Shown piece after piece: positions 40,598-50,320 of a stretch of DNA of 64,000 bases. The stretch comes from a bacterium (GTDB taxonomy: Bacteria > Krumholzibacteriota > Krumholzibacteriia > G020349025). A model generated the notes under the pieces. That model worked only from the letters and a program-made list of their open reading frames with translations, did no database searches and was not told the DNA's origin. The DNA lies in contig JANLSU010000132.1 of NCBI GenBank assembly GCA_031362565.1, positions 14,333 through 78,332 of the forward strand, in the 5' to 3' direction. Made by a program: the position numbers and the translations under genes. Position 1 is the first letter of the stretch, and every line of letters begins with the position of its first letter.

Positions 40598-41225
40598 GAT
40601 CCTCGAGTCGCTGTGGTGTTTGCGCGAAGAAAACCGCGCCAATCTGCCGGCGCTCCTGGCGCGCATGCCCGCCGGCGACACCGAGGCGCTCGTGCGCCGT
40701 ATGGCGGCGTCCGGCCTGCTGCGCCTGCAGGACGGCAACATCGAACTCGTGGGCGAAGGCGAAGCCCGCGCCCGCACCATCGTACGCTGCCACCGGCTCG
40801 CCCAACGCCTCCTGCACGATGTGCTGCTGCTGACGCACGACGAATCCGAGCAGACCGCCTGCCTGATGGAACACGTCTTGTCGCCGGTCGTGGCCGACGC
40901 CGTGTGCGGCTTCCTGGGACATCCGCCGACGAGTCCCTCGGGGCTCGCGATTCCGGACGGCGCCTGCTGCACGGCGCGCCATGGGGATGTACGGCCGGTC
41001 GTCGTGTCGCTGCGCGATCTCGAAATCGGCAAACCGGCGCGCATCGTGTTCATGTCGCAAAGCTTCCACAAGCGCGTCGACCGCCTGGGCAGTTATGGTG
41101 TCGTGCCGGGAAGCATGGTGCGGCTGCGCCAGCGGCGGCCGTCGTACGTGCTCGATGTCGACGGCACGAGTTTGGCGCTCGATTCCGAGGTTGCGAGCGA
41201 AATCTACGTGCGGCGGGAGGACTGA
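40563..41225 (+). CDS. DtxR/MntR-like metal-dependent regulator with C-terminal FeoA (SH3-like) domain
   Basis: HRLAQRLL, ACLMEH, FLGHP...IP, followed by FeoA-like LGSYGVVPGSMV...LALD. Confidence 0.85.
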   Translation: MHPEFLTQPTDEILESLWCLREENRANLPALLARMPAGDTEALVRRMAASGLLRLQDGNIELVGEGEARARTIVRCHRLAQRLLHDVLLLTHDESEQTACLMEHVLSPVVADAVCGFLGHPPTSPSGLAIPDGACCTARHGDVRPVVVSLRDLEIGKPARIVFMSQSFHKRVDRLGSYGVVPGSMVRLRQRRPSYVLDVDGTSLALDSEVASEIYVRRED

Positions 41226-41227
41226 TC

Positions 41228-42541
41228 TTGGGCGACGCGCGCATTCCGATCGCCGGGCCGACCGAACTGCCGCCGGAGGCCGCCCACGGTCGTCTCTATC
41301 AACGCGACGAACTCCTGGCGCGGCTCGCGGATCCCACTCTCACTATTGCCGATGTGCTGCCGCGAGTCGCCTTCGAGGATGCACGCATTCCGGGCTCCTT
41401 GTGCCTGCCCCTCGACGAGATTCCGCAGCGCGCCCGCACGCTGCTCCCGGACATGGATCAAGAGATTGCGCTGTACTGCGGCGGCCCGACGTGTCCGCTG
41501 AGCGAGCAAGCGGTCGGCCAGTTGCTGCAGATGGGCTATCACAAAGTCGGCCACTATCCCGGCGGGATCCTCGAGTGGACGGAAGTCGGTTGCCCGGTGG
41601 AGACGGGACCGGAGGATGCGCCGCGCAGGGTCACTGCGTCGGCATCGGCATCTGCCTCGGAAACCGGCGGCAACACGTCGAGCCAGAGTGTTGCGTCCGC
41701 CGCGGCGCGCAACCGGGGCACCGCATTTGTGCGCGGCCTGCGGGCGCGCCCACGGAGTTGGATCGAACGCCTGGCGAATGTGTCCTACGGGGGACTGATC
41801 TGGCGTTGGTTCGCCATGGTTGGCGGGTTGGGACTCGCATACTGGATGATTCCGGCCTTGCATTGGGGCGCGCTCCGCGATGCCGGTGCGCCGGTGGAAT
41901 TCACGTTGCCGGGTCTACTGACCGCGCTCTATTTCAGCGCCGTCACCGCAACCTCGGTCGGATTTGGCGATGTCGTCCCGATCGGCATACTGCGTCTCTT
42001 GGCGGTCGTCGAGGGCGCCGCGGGCCTCCTGCTCTTCGGCTGCATCATTTCGAAGCTCGTTTCGGCACGGCAGGAAATGCTCGTCGAAGAAACCCATCGC
42101 ACCGCCTTCGAGGACCGATTGGAACGGGTACGCACCAACCTGCACCTGGTGCTTTCCGAACTCCAAACGATCGCCATCACGAACGCTACACAAGGATCGA
42201 CTTCGGAGCGTGCCCTCGCCCGTCTCGAGAGCGTCGCCATGATGCTCGCTGGAGAGCTGCGCACGATTCACGACCTGCTGTACCATCCGCAGCAGGCGCC
42301 GGACGAATACATGCTCGAGGGATTGCTGGCCGGACTGGCCGCCGACCTGCGCGAGCTTGCCGATCTCGTCGCCGCGGCACCGCAAGCTCGCGAGCGTTCG
42401 CCGCTTCTCGGCACGACTTTGCTGAGCGTTCGCACCCTGGCCGGTGAGGTGTGTGGCGAATGTGTCCCCCGCCAGTACGCACCGCATCTGAAGGTGTGGA
42501 TGGACCGCATCCAGGAATACGCCCGCACTCTGGCGCCATGA
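41228..42541 (+). CDS. Rhodanese-domain plus 2TM potassium-channel (Ion_trans_2) fusion
   Basis: RIPGS, YCGGPTC, YPGGILEW, then a Ser/Ala linker, then ALYFSAVTATSVGFGDVVP pore loop. Start (TTG) uncertain. Confidence 0.78.
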   Translation: MGDARIPIAGPTELPPEAAHGRLYQRDELLARLADPTLTIADVLPRVAFEDARIPGSLCLPLDEIPQRARTLLPDMDQEIALYCGGPTCPLSEQAVGQLLQMGYHKVGHYPGGILEWTEVGCPVETGPEDAPRRVTASASASASETGGNTSSQSVASAAARNRGTAFVRGLRARPRSWIERLANVSYGGLIWRWFAMVGGLGLAYWMIPALHWGALRDAGAPVEFTLPGLLTALYFSAVTATSVGFGDVVPIGILRLLAVVEGAAGLLLFGCIISKLVSARQEMLVEETHRTAFEDRLERVRTNLHLVLSELQTIAITNATQGSTSERALARLESVAMMLAGELRTIHDLLYHPQQAPDEYMLEGLLAGLAADLRELADLVAAAPQARERSPLLGTTLLSVRTLAGEVCGECVPRQYAPHLKVWMDRIQEYARTLAP

Positions 42542-44073
42542 ACGCGGCGCGGCGCGGTCCTGCGTGGTGGCCGGTCGCTGCTGCGGCGATTCTGCAATGG
42601 TCCGTCTTGGCGCGCGCGCCGTTCCTGCCGTTCGTCGATTTGCCGCAGCACGTCGCCCAGGCGCAGCTGTGGCTGCATCTGCACGGCGCGAACGTGGCCC
42701 GGTTGTTCGAATCGCAGTTGATTCCGCAGGTAAACGTCCTCGCACTCCTGGTGCTGGCGCCGCTTCACGCCCTCTCGAGCGAGGGGCTCGCGGTGCGCGC
42801 GCTGCTCGCCCTGTACATCGGCGGCCTCGCCTGTTCGCTGTACCGGTTGACGCGCGTTCTCGGCACACCGGCGTGGGGCGCCGTTGCCGGGTTGCTCTTC
42901 GCGGTGCAGTTCAACCTGTGGTATGGGTTCCTGTCGTACTGCCTGGCACTGCCGGTTTTCGTGCTGCTCGTGTCGCGCTGGGCGGGCAGCGCCGCGGCCC
43001 ACGCGCCGCGCGCCACCAAGCGCACGTTGGCAGTGGACGCGCTCCTGTGGTGGGTGCTCCTCCTCGGTCACACGCTGGTCTTCGCCTTCGCGCTCGCCAC
43101 CTTCGCGCTGTGGATCGGGTTCGGCGCCGGCAGACGGATGCGTGTCGGGCGAGCCATGGCACTCCTGCCCGCGCTCGGATGGTTCGCGTGGTGGAATATC
43201 TCGAACCGCGCGCTGCTTGCCCGGCATTTTCCGGAGGGCGGTGGTGCGCTGGACGCAATTTGGGAAGGCCCCGGAACCAAACTGCAGGATTTGGGACGTT
43301 CGCTGCTCGTCGCCAGCTCGCCCGGTCGCACGGAGACCGTGGTTCTTTGGGTGATTGCAGCCGTGACGTTGTGGCTTTTGCTTCGCGGTGCACCGGCTTC
43401 GACCTCAGGCGCCTCGGCCCCCCGCAACTGGGTTCGTTGGGCCGGAGCACTGGGGTTGGTCGCCTACTGCGCGCTGCCCTACTCGATCTACGAACGCGAC
43501 CGCGTGACGTACGGGCTCTTCATTCTCTACCAGCGTTTCGCGGTGTTTGCACCGCTGCTCGTGCTGCCCACCTTGAAAGCACCGTCCGGGCGCACAACGC
43601 GCCGGCTGCTCGCCGCCGCGGTCGCGGCCTGCCATATCGTCCTCGCGCTGCAATGGAACGCCGTCTTGACGAACGTGGCCAAAGAGGCCGCGCCGCTCGA
43701 CGACGCCATCGCAACCATGGCGCCGGGCCGCGTGCTCAAGAGCCTCATCTACAAACCGTATCCGGCGGGCCTGCGCTTTGAGTCGTTCTTGCATGTCGCA
43801 AGCTATTATCAGGCACGCCGGCTCGGCGAGACGGATCAGAGCTTCGCCGTGCTCCTGCCGTCCCCGATTCACTATCGGGATCTGCGTCATCCCTACCTGT
43901 CACTTCAAGACGAACATTTGCGCCCCGAAGAATTCGACTTCGAACACGGTGGACCGCTCTATGATTTCATCCTGACATACGTCGCCCCGAGCACCCTCCC
44001 GGGGGCAACGACGCTCTTCACGCGCAATGGTTGGCGCATCGAAACTCTCGCGGCCTCATCTGCCCGCCACTAG
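42538..44073 (+). CDS. Polytopic membrane protein (GT-C-like)
   Basis: DLPQH early loop, YGFLSY, many TM segments. ATG overlaps the upstream stop. Confidence 0.65.
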   Translation: MNAARRGPAWWPVAAAAILQWSVLARAPFLPFVDLPQHVAQAQLWLHLHGANVARLFESQLIPQVNVLALLVLAPLHALSSEGLAVRALLALYIGGLACSLYRLTRVLGTPAWGAVAGLLFAVQFNLWYGFLSYCLALPVFVLLVSRWAGSAAAHAPRATKRTLAVDALLWWVLLLGHTLVFAFALATFALWIGFGAGRRMRVGRAMALLPALGWFAWWNISNRALLARHFPEGGGALDAIWEGPGTKLQDLGRSLLVASSPGRTETVVLWVIAAVTLWLLLRGAPASTSGASAPRNWVRWAGALGLVAYCALPYSIYERDRVTYGLFILYQRFAVFAPLLVLPTLKAPSGRTTRRLLAAAVAACHIVLALQWNAVLTNVAKEAAPLDDAIATMAPGRVLKSLIYKPYPAGLRFESFLHVASYYQARRLGETDQSFAVLLPSPIHYRDLRHPYLSLQDEHLRPEEFDFEHGGPLYDFILTYVAPSTLPGATTLFTRNGWRIETLAASSARH

Positions 44074-44147
44074 CCTAGATGCGGCCCTCCCATTGCCGCG
44101 CAGTGTTTCGCTCCGCTACCCTTGACGGCATCTGCCTGTGAGGGGGT

Positions 44148-46031
44148 GTGCAGTTGCGAAACGTGTCCACGATCGCGCTCCTCGCCGTCGCGATGGTCGC
44201 AATCCTGGCAACGACGACGCGCTACCATCGCGTTCACCTGCACGAGCCCGGTGAGGCGGCGCGCCCGGTCGAAGTGCTGGCCGGCCAATACGTTGCCTCG
44301 ACCGCCTGCAAGGCCTGCCATCCGATTGAGTATGCGACGTGGCACGCCTCCTATCACCACACGATGACTCAGAAGGCGGCTCCAGGCGCTGTGATCGGGC
44401 GCTTCGACGGCAGCGAGATCGCGACCGAGGGCTACATCTACAAAGTCGAGCACCAAGGAGATGACTACTGGGTCGAGATTCGGAGCGCGCTCGATCCGCC
44501 CGGCACCGCCGGCATCAAGCGTACGATCCTCATGACCACGGGTTCGCACCACCAACAGATCTACTGGGCGGACAGCGGCATCGGCCGGGCGTTGGAATTG
44601 TTGCCGCTCCTATGGAACGTGCAGGAGCAACGGTGGAGAACTCGCGACGCCTTGTTCCTGCGGCCACCCAAGACCGTCGACGCACTTTCGAATCCCGCCC
44701 CGGGCGAGTGGAGCAAGAACTGCAACCGTTGCCATTCGACTTTTCCGCGGCCACGCGTCACCGAGCCGTTCCTGAAGGTCGACACGCAGGTCGTGGAGTT
44801 CGGGATTGCGTGTGAAGAGTGCCATGGCCCGGGTGACCACCACGTGCAGGTCAACATGGATCCGATCCGGCGCTTCCGCGAATACACCAACAACAGCCCG
44901 GACTCGACCATCGTGCAGCCGATGCGTTTGTCGCATCGCAGGTCGTCCGAGGTGTGCGGCCAGTGCCACGCGGTGTCATTGCGCGGCCGGGCCGAAACCG
45001 CCCACTGGAACACTCAGGGCTTCAGCTTCGAGCCCGGCGGCGACCTGGAAGCCACCCAAACCCTCGTGCACAAAGGCGACGACACGCCGCTGCTGCGTTC
45101 CGCTGTGAAAGAGGTGCCATCCTTCGTCGATATGATGTTCTGGCCCGACGGTGTTGTCTGCGCCGCCGGGCGTGAATACAGCGGCATGCAGACGGCACCT
45201 TGTTTCGAACGCGGCACCATGTCTTGCATGTCGTGCCACCAAATGCACGAACGGCCGGGCGATGCGCGCCCACGGGCCGAATGGACCGAGGATCAGTTGA
45301 AGCCCGGCATGCGCGGCAACAACGCTTGCATCCAGTGCCATCCCAAGTTCAACGACGAGGCGCGTCTCACGGCCCACACACACCACAAGGCGGCCTCCTC
45401 CGGCAGCAACTGCTACAACTGCCATATGCCGTTCACGACTTGGGCGCTCTCCAAAGCGGTGCGCAACCATCACATCGACTCGCCGGTCGCGCAATCGAGC
45501 ACATTGACGGAGCGGCCGAACGCTTGCAACCTCTGCCACCTCGACAAGACGCTCGAATGGACCGCCACATCCTTGTTCGACTGGTACAAAACACCGAAGC
45601 CGGAATTGACCGCGGCGGATCGGTCGATCGCGGCGGGCGTCCGTTGGGCCGTCTCCGGAGACGCACGCCAGCGGGTCTTCGTGGCGTGGTGCATGGGCTG
45701 GCCAGACGCTCAAGAAGCCAGCGGAACGGCGTGGATGGCGCCTTACTTCGCGCAACTGCTCGAGGATCCTTACGACCTGGTGCGTTTCGTTGCACAGCGT
45801 TCCCTGCGTACGGTGCCGGGCAGCGTGACGATCGGTTACGACTTCATGGACCCACCAGCGGCGCGGGCGCGCGCCACGGGACTGCTGCGGCAGTCGTGGC
45901 GGCGCGACGGTGCTCCGGCGGCGGCGCGCCACGCAGCGCTGCTCGTCGACGCCGAAGGCCGCTTGATGGACGCGGCCTTCTTGCAACTCCTCAACCAGCG
46001 GGAGAATCGTGATGTCATCCTCGGTGAGTGA
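44148..46031 (+). CDS. Octaheme cytochrome c (c554-like N-terminus)
   Basis: Eight CxxCH motifs: CKACH, CNRCH, CEECH, CGQCH, CMSCH, CIQCH, CYNCH, CNLCH. N-terminal signal/anchor. Confidence 0.9.
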   Translation: MQLRNVSTIALLAVAMVAILATTTRYHRVHLHEPGEAARPVEVLAGQYVASTACKACHPIEYATWHASYHHTMTQKAAPGAVIGRFDGSEIATEGYIYKVEHQGDDYWVEIRSALDPPGTAGIKRTILMTTGSHHQQIYWADSGIGRALELLPLLWNVQEQRWRTRDALFLRPPKTVDALSNPAPGEWSKNCNRCHSTFPRPRVTEPFLKVDTQVVEFGIACEECHGPGDHHVQVNMDPIRRFREYTNNSPDSTIVQPMRLSHRRSSEVCGQCHAVSLRGRAETAHWNTQGFSFEPGGDLEATQTLVHKGDDTPLLRSAVKEVPSFVDMMFWPDGVVCAAGREYSGMQTAPCFERGTMSCMSCHQMHERPGDARPRAEWTEDQLKPGMRGNNACIQCHPKFNDEARLTAHTHHKAASSGSNCYNCHMPFTTWALSKAVRNHHIDSPVAQSSTLTERPNACNLCHLDKTLEWTATSLFDWYKTPKPELTAADRSIAAGVRWAVSGDARQRVFVAWCMGWPDAQEASGTAWMAPYFAQLLEDPYDLVRFVAQRSLRTVPGSVTIGYDFMDPPAARARATGLLRQSWRRDGAPAAARHAALLVDAEGRLMDAAFLQLLNQRENRDVILGE

Positions 46032-46506
46032 GAGCCAGGACGCCGTGCAGCACTACCGGCACCGCCATCTGCGATTCGGTTGGTGGTCGATGTGGTGCTA
46101 CTTGACACTCGGGATCGTGCTCGAGTCGATGCACGGCTTCAAGGTTGGCTGGTACTTGGGCGTCAACAACGAAACCCGCCGCCTCATGTGGACGCTGGCG
46201 CATGCGCACGGTGCGCTTTTGGGGCTGGTCCACATTGCGTTCGCCCTGACCCTGCCCGCACTTGCGCCGTCGTTCGCGCGCCGGCAGGCGGTCGTTTCCA
46301 CATTGCTCATTGCTGCGAGCTTCTTGCTCCCGGGCGGGTTCTTCCTGGGCGGCATCGTCGTCTTCGGCGGCGATCCCAATCCGGCAGTGTTGTTAACGCC
46401 CGTGGGTGCGCTCTTCATGTTGATTGCGGTGTTTCTGACGGCGTCCAACATCGCGCCGCGCGGCGGACGGAACGGCAGCGGCGGTTCGAACGCCGGCGGC
46501 GATTAG
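46024..46506 (+). CDS. 4-TM membrane protein with AHAHG motif
   Basis: Overlaps the cytochrome stop. RRLMWTLAHAHGALLGL and LLPGGFFLGG. Confidence 0.75.
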   Translation: MSESQDAVQHYRHRHLRFGWWSMWCYLTLGIVLESMHGFKVGWYLGVNNETRRLMWTLAHAHGALLGLVHIAFALTLPALAPSFARRQAVVSTLLIAASFLLPGGFFLGGIVVFGGDPNPAVLLTPVGALFMLIAVFLTASNIAPRGGRNGSGGSNAGGD

Positions 46507-46541
46507 CATCGGCCTCGGGCAAGCGCTTGTCAGGCCGCCAA

Positions 46542-47537
46542 TCAGGGCTTCTCGAATGTCGCGCGCCCGTTCGGATAGTCGACGGTGACGCGGAAGTACT
46601 TGAGTGCGGAACCGCCCAATGCACCGTCGATTTTCTGATCCATCCACTGCGACATGTACTCGTGGAAGTTGCGGTCGGGGCGCATGGTGAACCACACGGG
46701 GCCCACCTCGTAGCCGGCAATCGTCACCCGTGGCACTTCGATCACCGGCATGTGCGTCAGCCGGTCGGCGGCCGGCACGACGTGCCAGTCGGGGTGGCGG
46801 CCGCGCCAGGCGTCGAACCTACTTTGGGTGATGAAGCTGGTGCCGCGCTCCGCCGCACCCGGGCTTCCCAGGGCGGCGAGTGCGGCCTGGGCGCTTTCCG
46901 CGAGCGCAACCGTGGCGCCGGAATCGAGCAACAAATCAAGTGCTTCGCCGTCGACATCGATTCGAATGCGGGGGAATTGGGTCGTGCGCCGGCCGGACCA
47001 ACGGTGTTGGAAATGCAACGGTACCTGGTGTTCCGCGTGTTCCTTGGGCCCGTGCGCCAAAAGCGACAGCGCCTGTCCCGGGTAGTCGAAGACCCAAACG
47101 CGATTCGCAAACCAGTGGCGCCCGAGAAAACCGTCGCGGCCCTGCTGAATGCCGTTGTCGGGCGGCGTGATCACCAGGCGCGCGCCGCGCGGTTCCGGCG
47201 CGTGCGGTAGCGGAATCCATGCCGAGGGCGCGAATGCGGGGAGATCGACCAAGTGCAGGGTGTCGCCCTGCGAGATCGCCGGCGTCGGCTTCATTTGGAG
47301 CCGTGGCGCCGCCGATGCCCACAGCATGTTCAGGCCACCGCCTGTATCGGTGTAAAACTCGAGCGTATCACCGCGTTCGGTGACCGGGGCGACGGCAAAG
47401 CGGTCGGCGAGGTATCGCGTCGGCAGCGGCCGGACTTCCTGTCCGGCGGCGAAGTCGGCGCTGTCCGGCAACACACTTGAACGCGAACAACCGCATGTCG
47501 CGCCGAGTGCAAGAATGACCCACGCCCGTCTCGACAT
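46542..47537 (-). CDS. Lipoprotein with two aspartic-protease-like motifs
   Basis: Lipobox-like CGC. DTGG and LDSGA, with GFLG and GALG psi-loops. Confidence 0.7.
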   Translation of the reverse strand: MSRRAWVILALGATCGCSRSSVLPDSADFAAGQEVRPLPTRYLADRFAVAPVTERGDTLEFYTDTGGGLNMLWASAAPRLQMKPTPAISQGDTLHLVDLPAFAPSAWIPLPHAPEPRGARLVITPPDNGIQQGRDGFLGRHWFANRVWVFDYPGQALSLLAHGPKEHAEHQVPLHFQHRWSGRRTTQFPRIRIDVDGEALDLLLDSGATVALAESAQAALAALGSPGAAERGTSFITQSRFDAWRGRHPDWHVVPAADRLTHMPVIEVPRVTIAGYEVGPVWFTMRPDRNFHEYMSQWMDQKIDGALGGSALKYFRVTVDYPNGRATFEKP

Positions 47538-47545
47538 GGTTTCTC

Positions 47546-48556
47546 CTACGATGCCGGTTGGCTGCGCTGGCTATCGAGCATTTGCATTTGGTGTGCGTCG
47601 TAGCGCGTGCCGGCGGCCGCATCCGGCGGGACAGCCTTTTCGATGCGGCCGAGGTCGTCGGAGGTCAACACGACTTCGAGCGCGCCAAGCGCTTCCGACA
47701 GACGGTCACGCCGGCGTGCGCCGATGAGTGGGACGATGTCGTCGCCACGGCCCAGCACCCAGGCGATCGCAATCTGCGCGACCGTGGCGTGTTTGTCGTC
47801 CGCTACCGCCCGTAGTGCATCCACGAGCGCCAGATTGCGGTCCAGGTTGTCGCCCGTGAAGCGCGGCAGATAGTTGCGGAAGTCGCCCTTTACCAAGGCG
47901 CGTTCCTTCGACCAATGGCCGCTGAACAAACCGCGCGACAGCACGCCGTAGGCGGTGATGCCGACGCCGAGCGCCCGCGCTGCCGGCAGGATCGCCGCCT
48001 CGATGCCGCGCGAGATGAGCGAGTATTCGATCTGCAAATCCGCGATCGGATGCACGGCGTGGGCGCGCCGCAGCGTGTCGGCGCCGATTTCGGACAACCC
48101 GATCTGCCGGACGCGGCCGGCCTTGATGAGGTCGGCAATCGCGCCAACCGTATCTTCGATCGGCACGCCGGGATCGATCCGCGCCGGACGATAAATATCG
48201 ACGTAGTCCGTACCGAGGCGGCGCAACGTGTAGGCGAGAAAGTTTTTGACTGCTGCGGGACGGCAGTCGGCGCCAAGCCACGCCCCGGACGCGTCACGCA
48301 GCGCGCCGAACTTCACGCTGATGAGGACACTTTCGCGCGCCCGGCCGCGCAGCGCGTCGCGCAGCAGCATCTCGTTGTGTCCCATGCCGTAGAAATCGCC
48401 GGTATCGACCAACGTGACCCCGGCATCGAGCGCTGCATGGATCGTCGCGATGCTTTCCGGCTCATCCGCGGGCCCGTACAGATCGGACATCCCCATACAG
48501 CCAAGGCCGAGGGTCGAGACCCGGAGACCGGTGGAGCCAAGGGATCGAGTGAGCAT
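47546..48556 (-). CDS. Aldo/keto reductase
   Basis: LGLGCMGM, DTGDFYG, IGLSE, QIEYS. Confidence 0.93.
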   Translation of the reverse strand: MLTRSLGSTGLRVSTLGLGCMGMSDLYGPADEPESIATIHAALDAGVTLVDTGDFYGMGHNEMLLRDALRGRARESVLISVKFGALRDASGAWLGADCRPAAVKNFLAYTLRRLGTDYVDIYRPARIDPGVPIEDTVGAIADLIKAGRVRQIGLSEIGADTLRRAHAVHPIADLQIEYSLISRGIEAAILPAARALGVGITAYGVLSRGLFSGHWSKERALVKGDFRNYLPRFTGDNLDRNLALVDALRAVADDKHATVAQIAIAWVLGRGDDIVPLIGARRRDRLSEALGALEVVLTSDDLGRIEKAVPPDAAAGTRYDAHQMQMLDSQRSQPAS

Positions 48557-48565
48557 GACGTCCTC

Positions 48566-49255
48566 CTATGCAGCGGATCCGAACAGTGCTCCGACGCCCG
48601 AGGTAATTCCCATCGCCAGCGCTCCCCAGAACGTGACACGCAGTGCACCGACGATCGCCCGCGCGCCGCCGACGCGGGCTGCCAGGCCGCCGAGAACCGC
48701 GAGCAGGACCAGTGACGTTCCAACCACGAACGGGGCAACATGCGTTGGCGGCGCCAGCACCACGGTCAAGAGCGGGATGGCCGCGCCGGCGGCAAATGTA
48801 CCGGCCGAGGCCAACGCCGCCTGTACCGGCCGCGCCGTCATCGTCTCGGAAATACCCAGTTCGTCGCGCGCGTGGGCGCCGAGTGCGTCATGCTCCATGA
48901 GTTGCACCGCGACCTGTTTCGCAAGTACTGCATCAAGGCCTCGACCCATGTAGATTGCCGCCAGTTCCCGGAGTTCGGCATCCCGGTCGGTATTGAGTTC
49001 GTGCCGCTCACGATCGATATCGGCGCGTTCCGTGTCCGCCTGGGAACTCACCGACACGTATTCACCGGCCGCCATCGACATCGCCCCGGCCACGAGGCCC
49101 GCGACGCCTGCAATCAGCACATCGCCGCGCGCCGCATGCGCGGCGACGACACCGAGCAACAGACTCGACGTCGACAAGATGCCATCGTTGGCGCCCAAGA
49201 CGGCCGCTCGGAGCCAGCCGATGCGATCGGTGCGGTGGCGTTCTTTGCCGTGCAT
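48566..49255 (-). CDS. VIT1/CCC1 family iron/manganese transporter
   Basis: WLRAAVLGANDG, MAAGEYVSVSSQ, HARDELG. Confidence 0.93.
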   Translation of the reverse strand: MHGKERHRTDRIGWLRAAVLGANDGILSTSSLLLGVVAAHAARGDVLIAGVAGLVAGAMSMAAGEYVSVSSQADTERADIDRERHELNTDRDAELRELAAIYMGRGLDAVLAKQVAVQLMEHDALGAHARDELGISETMTARPVQAALASAGTFAAGAAIPLLTVVLAPPTHVAPFVVGTSLVLLAVLGGLAARVGGARAIVGALRVTFWGALAMGITSGVGALFGSAA

Positions 49256-49384
49256 TGATTTCGACCTTGCCGTTTTGCGATGCTCGAGACCCGGGAGGGG
49301 TGCCGCCGGATCATGCACGTGGCCCGCGCCGAGCACAACACCCTGCATGGCCGAGAGGCGGCCACCGACTCGCGCGCCGTGGCG

Positions 49385-49551
49385 TCAGCCGCTCCTGACC
49401 TTCGAGACCCAATCCGGCGCGGAATCGGTGTTCTGCCGCAGAAGGACCTCGTCCGTCAATGCATCGATCGTCGGAAGTCGAGGAAGAAGAGCGCATGAAA
49501 GACGGTGTACCAGAACTGCTGCCAGAGAATGGTTCTCCAGGTGATTTCCAC
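49385..49551 (-). pseudogene. Collapsed DinB-family gene remnant
   Basis: MEITWRTILWQQF-WYTVFHALFFLDF, then in a shifted frame TIDALTDE-VLLRQNTDSAPDWVSKVRSG*. These resemble non-adjacent segments of a longer DinB-type protein (family recalled, not searched). Confidence 0.55.
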
Positions 49552-49595
49552 GCGCTCATCCCTTCCGATGAGATCCGGCGCCAGGCGACATTCGG

Positions 49596-50102
49596 CTAGA
49601 CCGCCACCGCGAACAGTTTGATCGCCGGTTCATTTTCGTACAGATTGATCATTTGCTCATACTCAAAGCCGAGTTTCTCGAGCAAACGAATCGAGCGTTG
49701 ATTCTCGGCGTTCGTGACCGCAACGACGCGGCGCAAGCCAAACAGGCGGCGCCCATCCGCCAGTGCCGCCATTGCAGACTCGACGGCATACCCATTCGAC
49801 CAGTACTCGGGTAGAAATGCGTAGCCGAGGTCGACATCCTCCAGCGTGTCGCGCTTGATCAGGCCGCACATTCCGATCGGTACACCGGTCTCCTTCAATT
49901 CGACCTGGTTCAATCCGAACCCGAATCGCTGGTAGCTTGCCACCGGGCCGCTCAGGATATAGGCCCGGGCGTCGTCCAGTGTCCGGACGCCTTTATCGGT
50001 GATGTTCTCGATGAAGGACGGTTCGTTGAGAAGGCGCAGAATGAACTCGCCGTCGTCGACCGTGAAGTGACGCAGGCGCAGCCGTGCCGTTTCGACGACC
50101 AT
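49596..50102 (-). CDS. GNAT acetyltransferase (RimJ/RimL type)
   Basis: ETARLRLR, GMCGL, DLGYAF...GYA, NQRSIRLLEKLGF. Confidence 0.92.
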   Translation of the reverse strand: MVVETARLRLRHFTVDDGEFILRLLNEPSFIENITDKGVRTLDDARAYILSGPVASYQRFGFGLNQVELKETGVPIGMCGLIKRDTLEDVDLGYAFLPEYWSNGYAVESAMAALADGRRLFGLRRVVAVTNAENQRSIRLLEKLGFEYEQMINLYENEPAIKLFAVAV

Positions 50103-50143
50103 CACAAACTTCTCTCTCAGACGTTCGGCGCCTGTTCGAGCGC

Positions 50144-50296
50144 CTAGCGATCCCGCGCCACAACGACCCAAGCGGAGAACACCCGGTCCGTCTTCGGATC
50201 GGAGCCGAAACGCAGCACGTGGCTATCCGGATCTTCGACCTGCATCTCGTACGCCCACTGAGAGTTTGTCGGTTCCAACCGAATGGACGCACCCAT
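50144..50296 (-). pseudogene. C-terminal fragment of a VOC/bleomycin-resistance-like protein
   Basis: MGASIRLEPTNSQWAYEMQVEDPDSHVLRFGSDP. The N-terminal half is absent. Confidence 0.6.
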
Positions 50297-50320
50297 CGCG
50301 GGAGGCGGACGCCACGCCGT

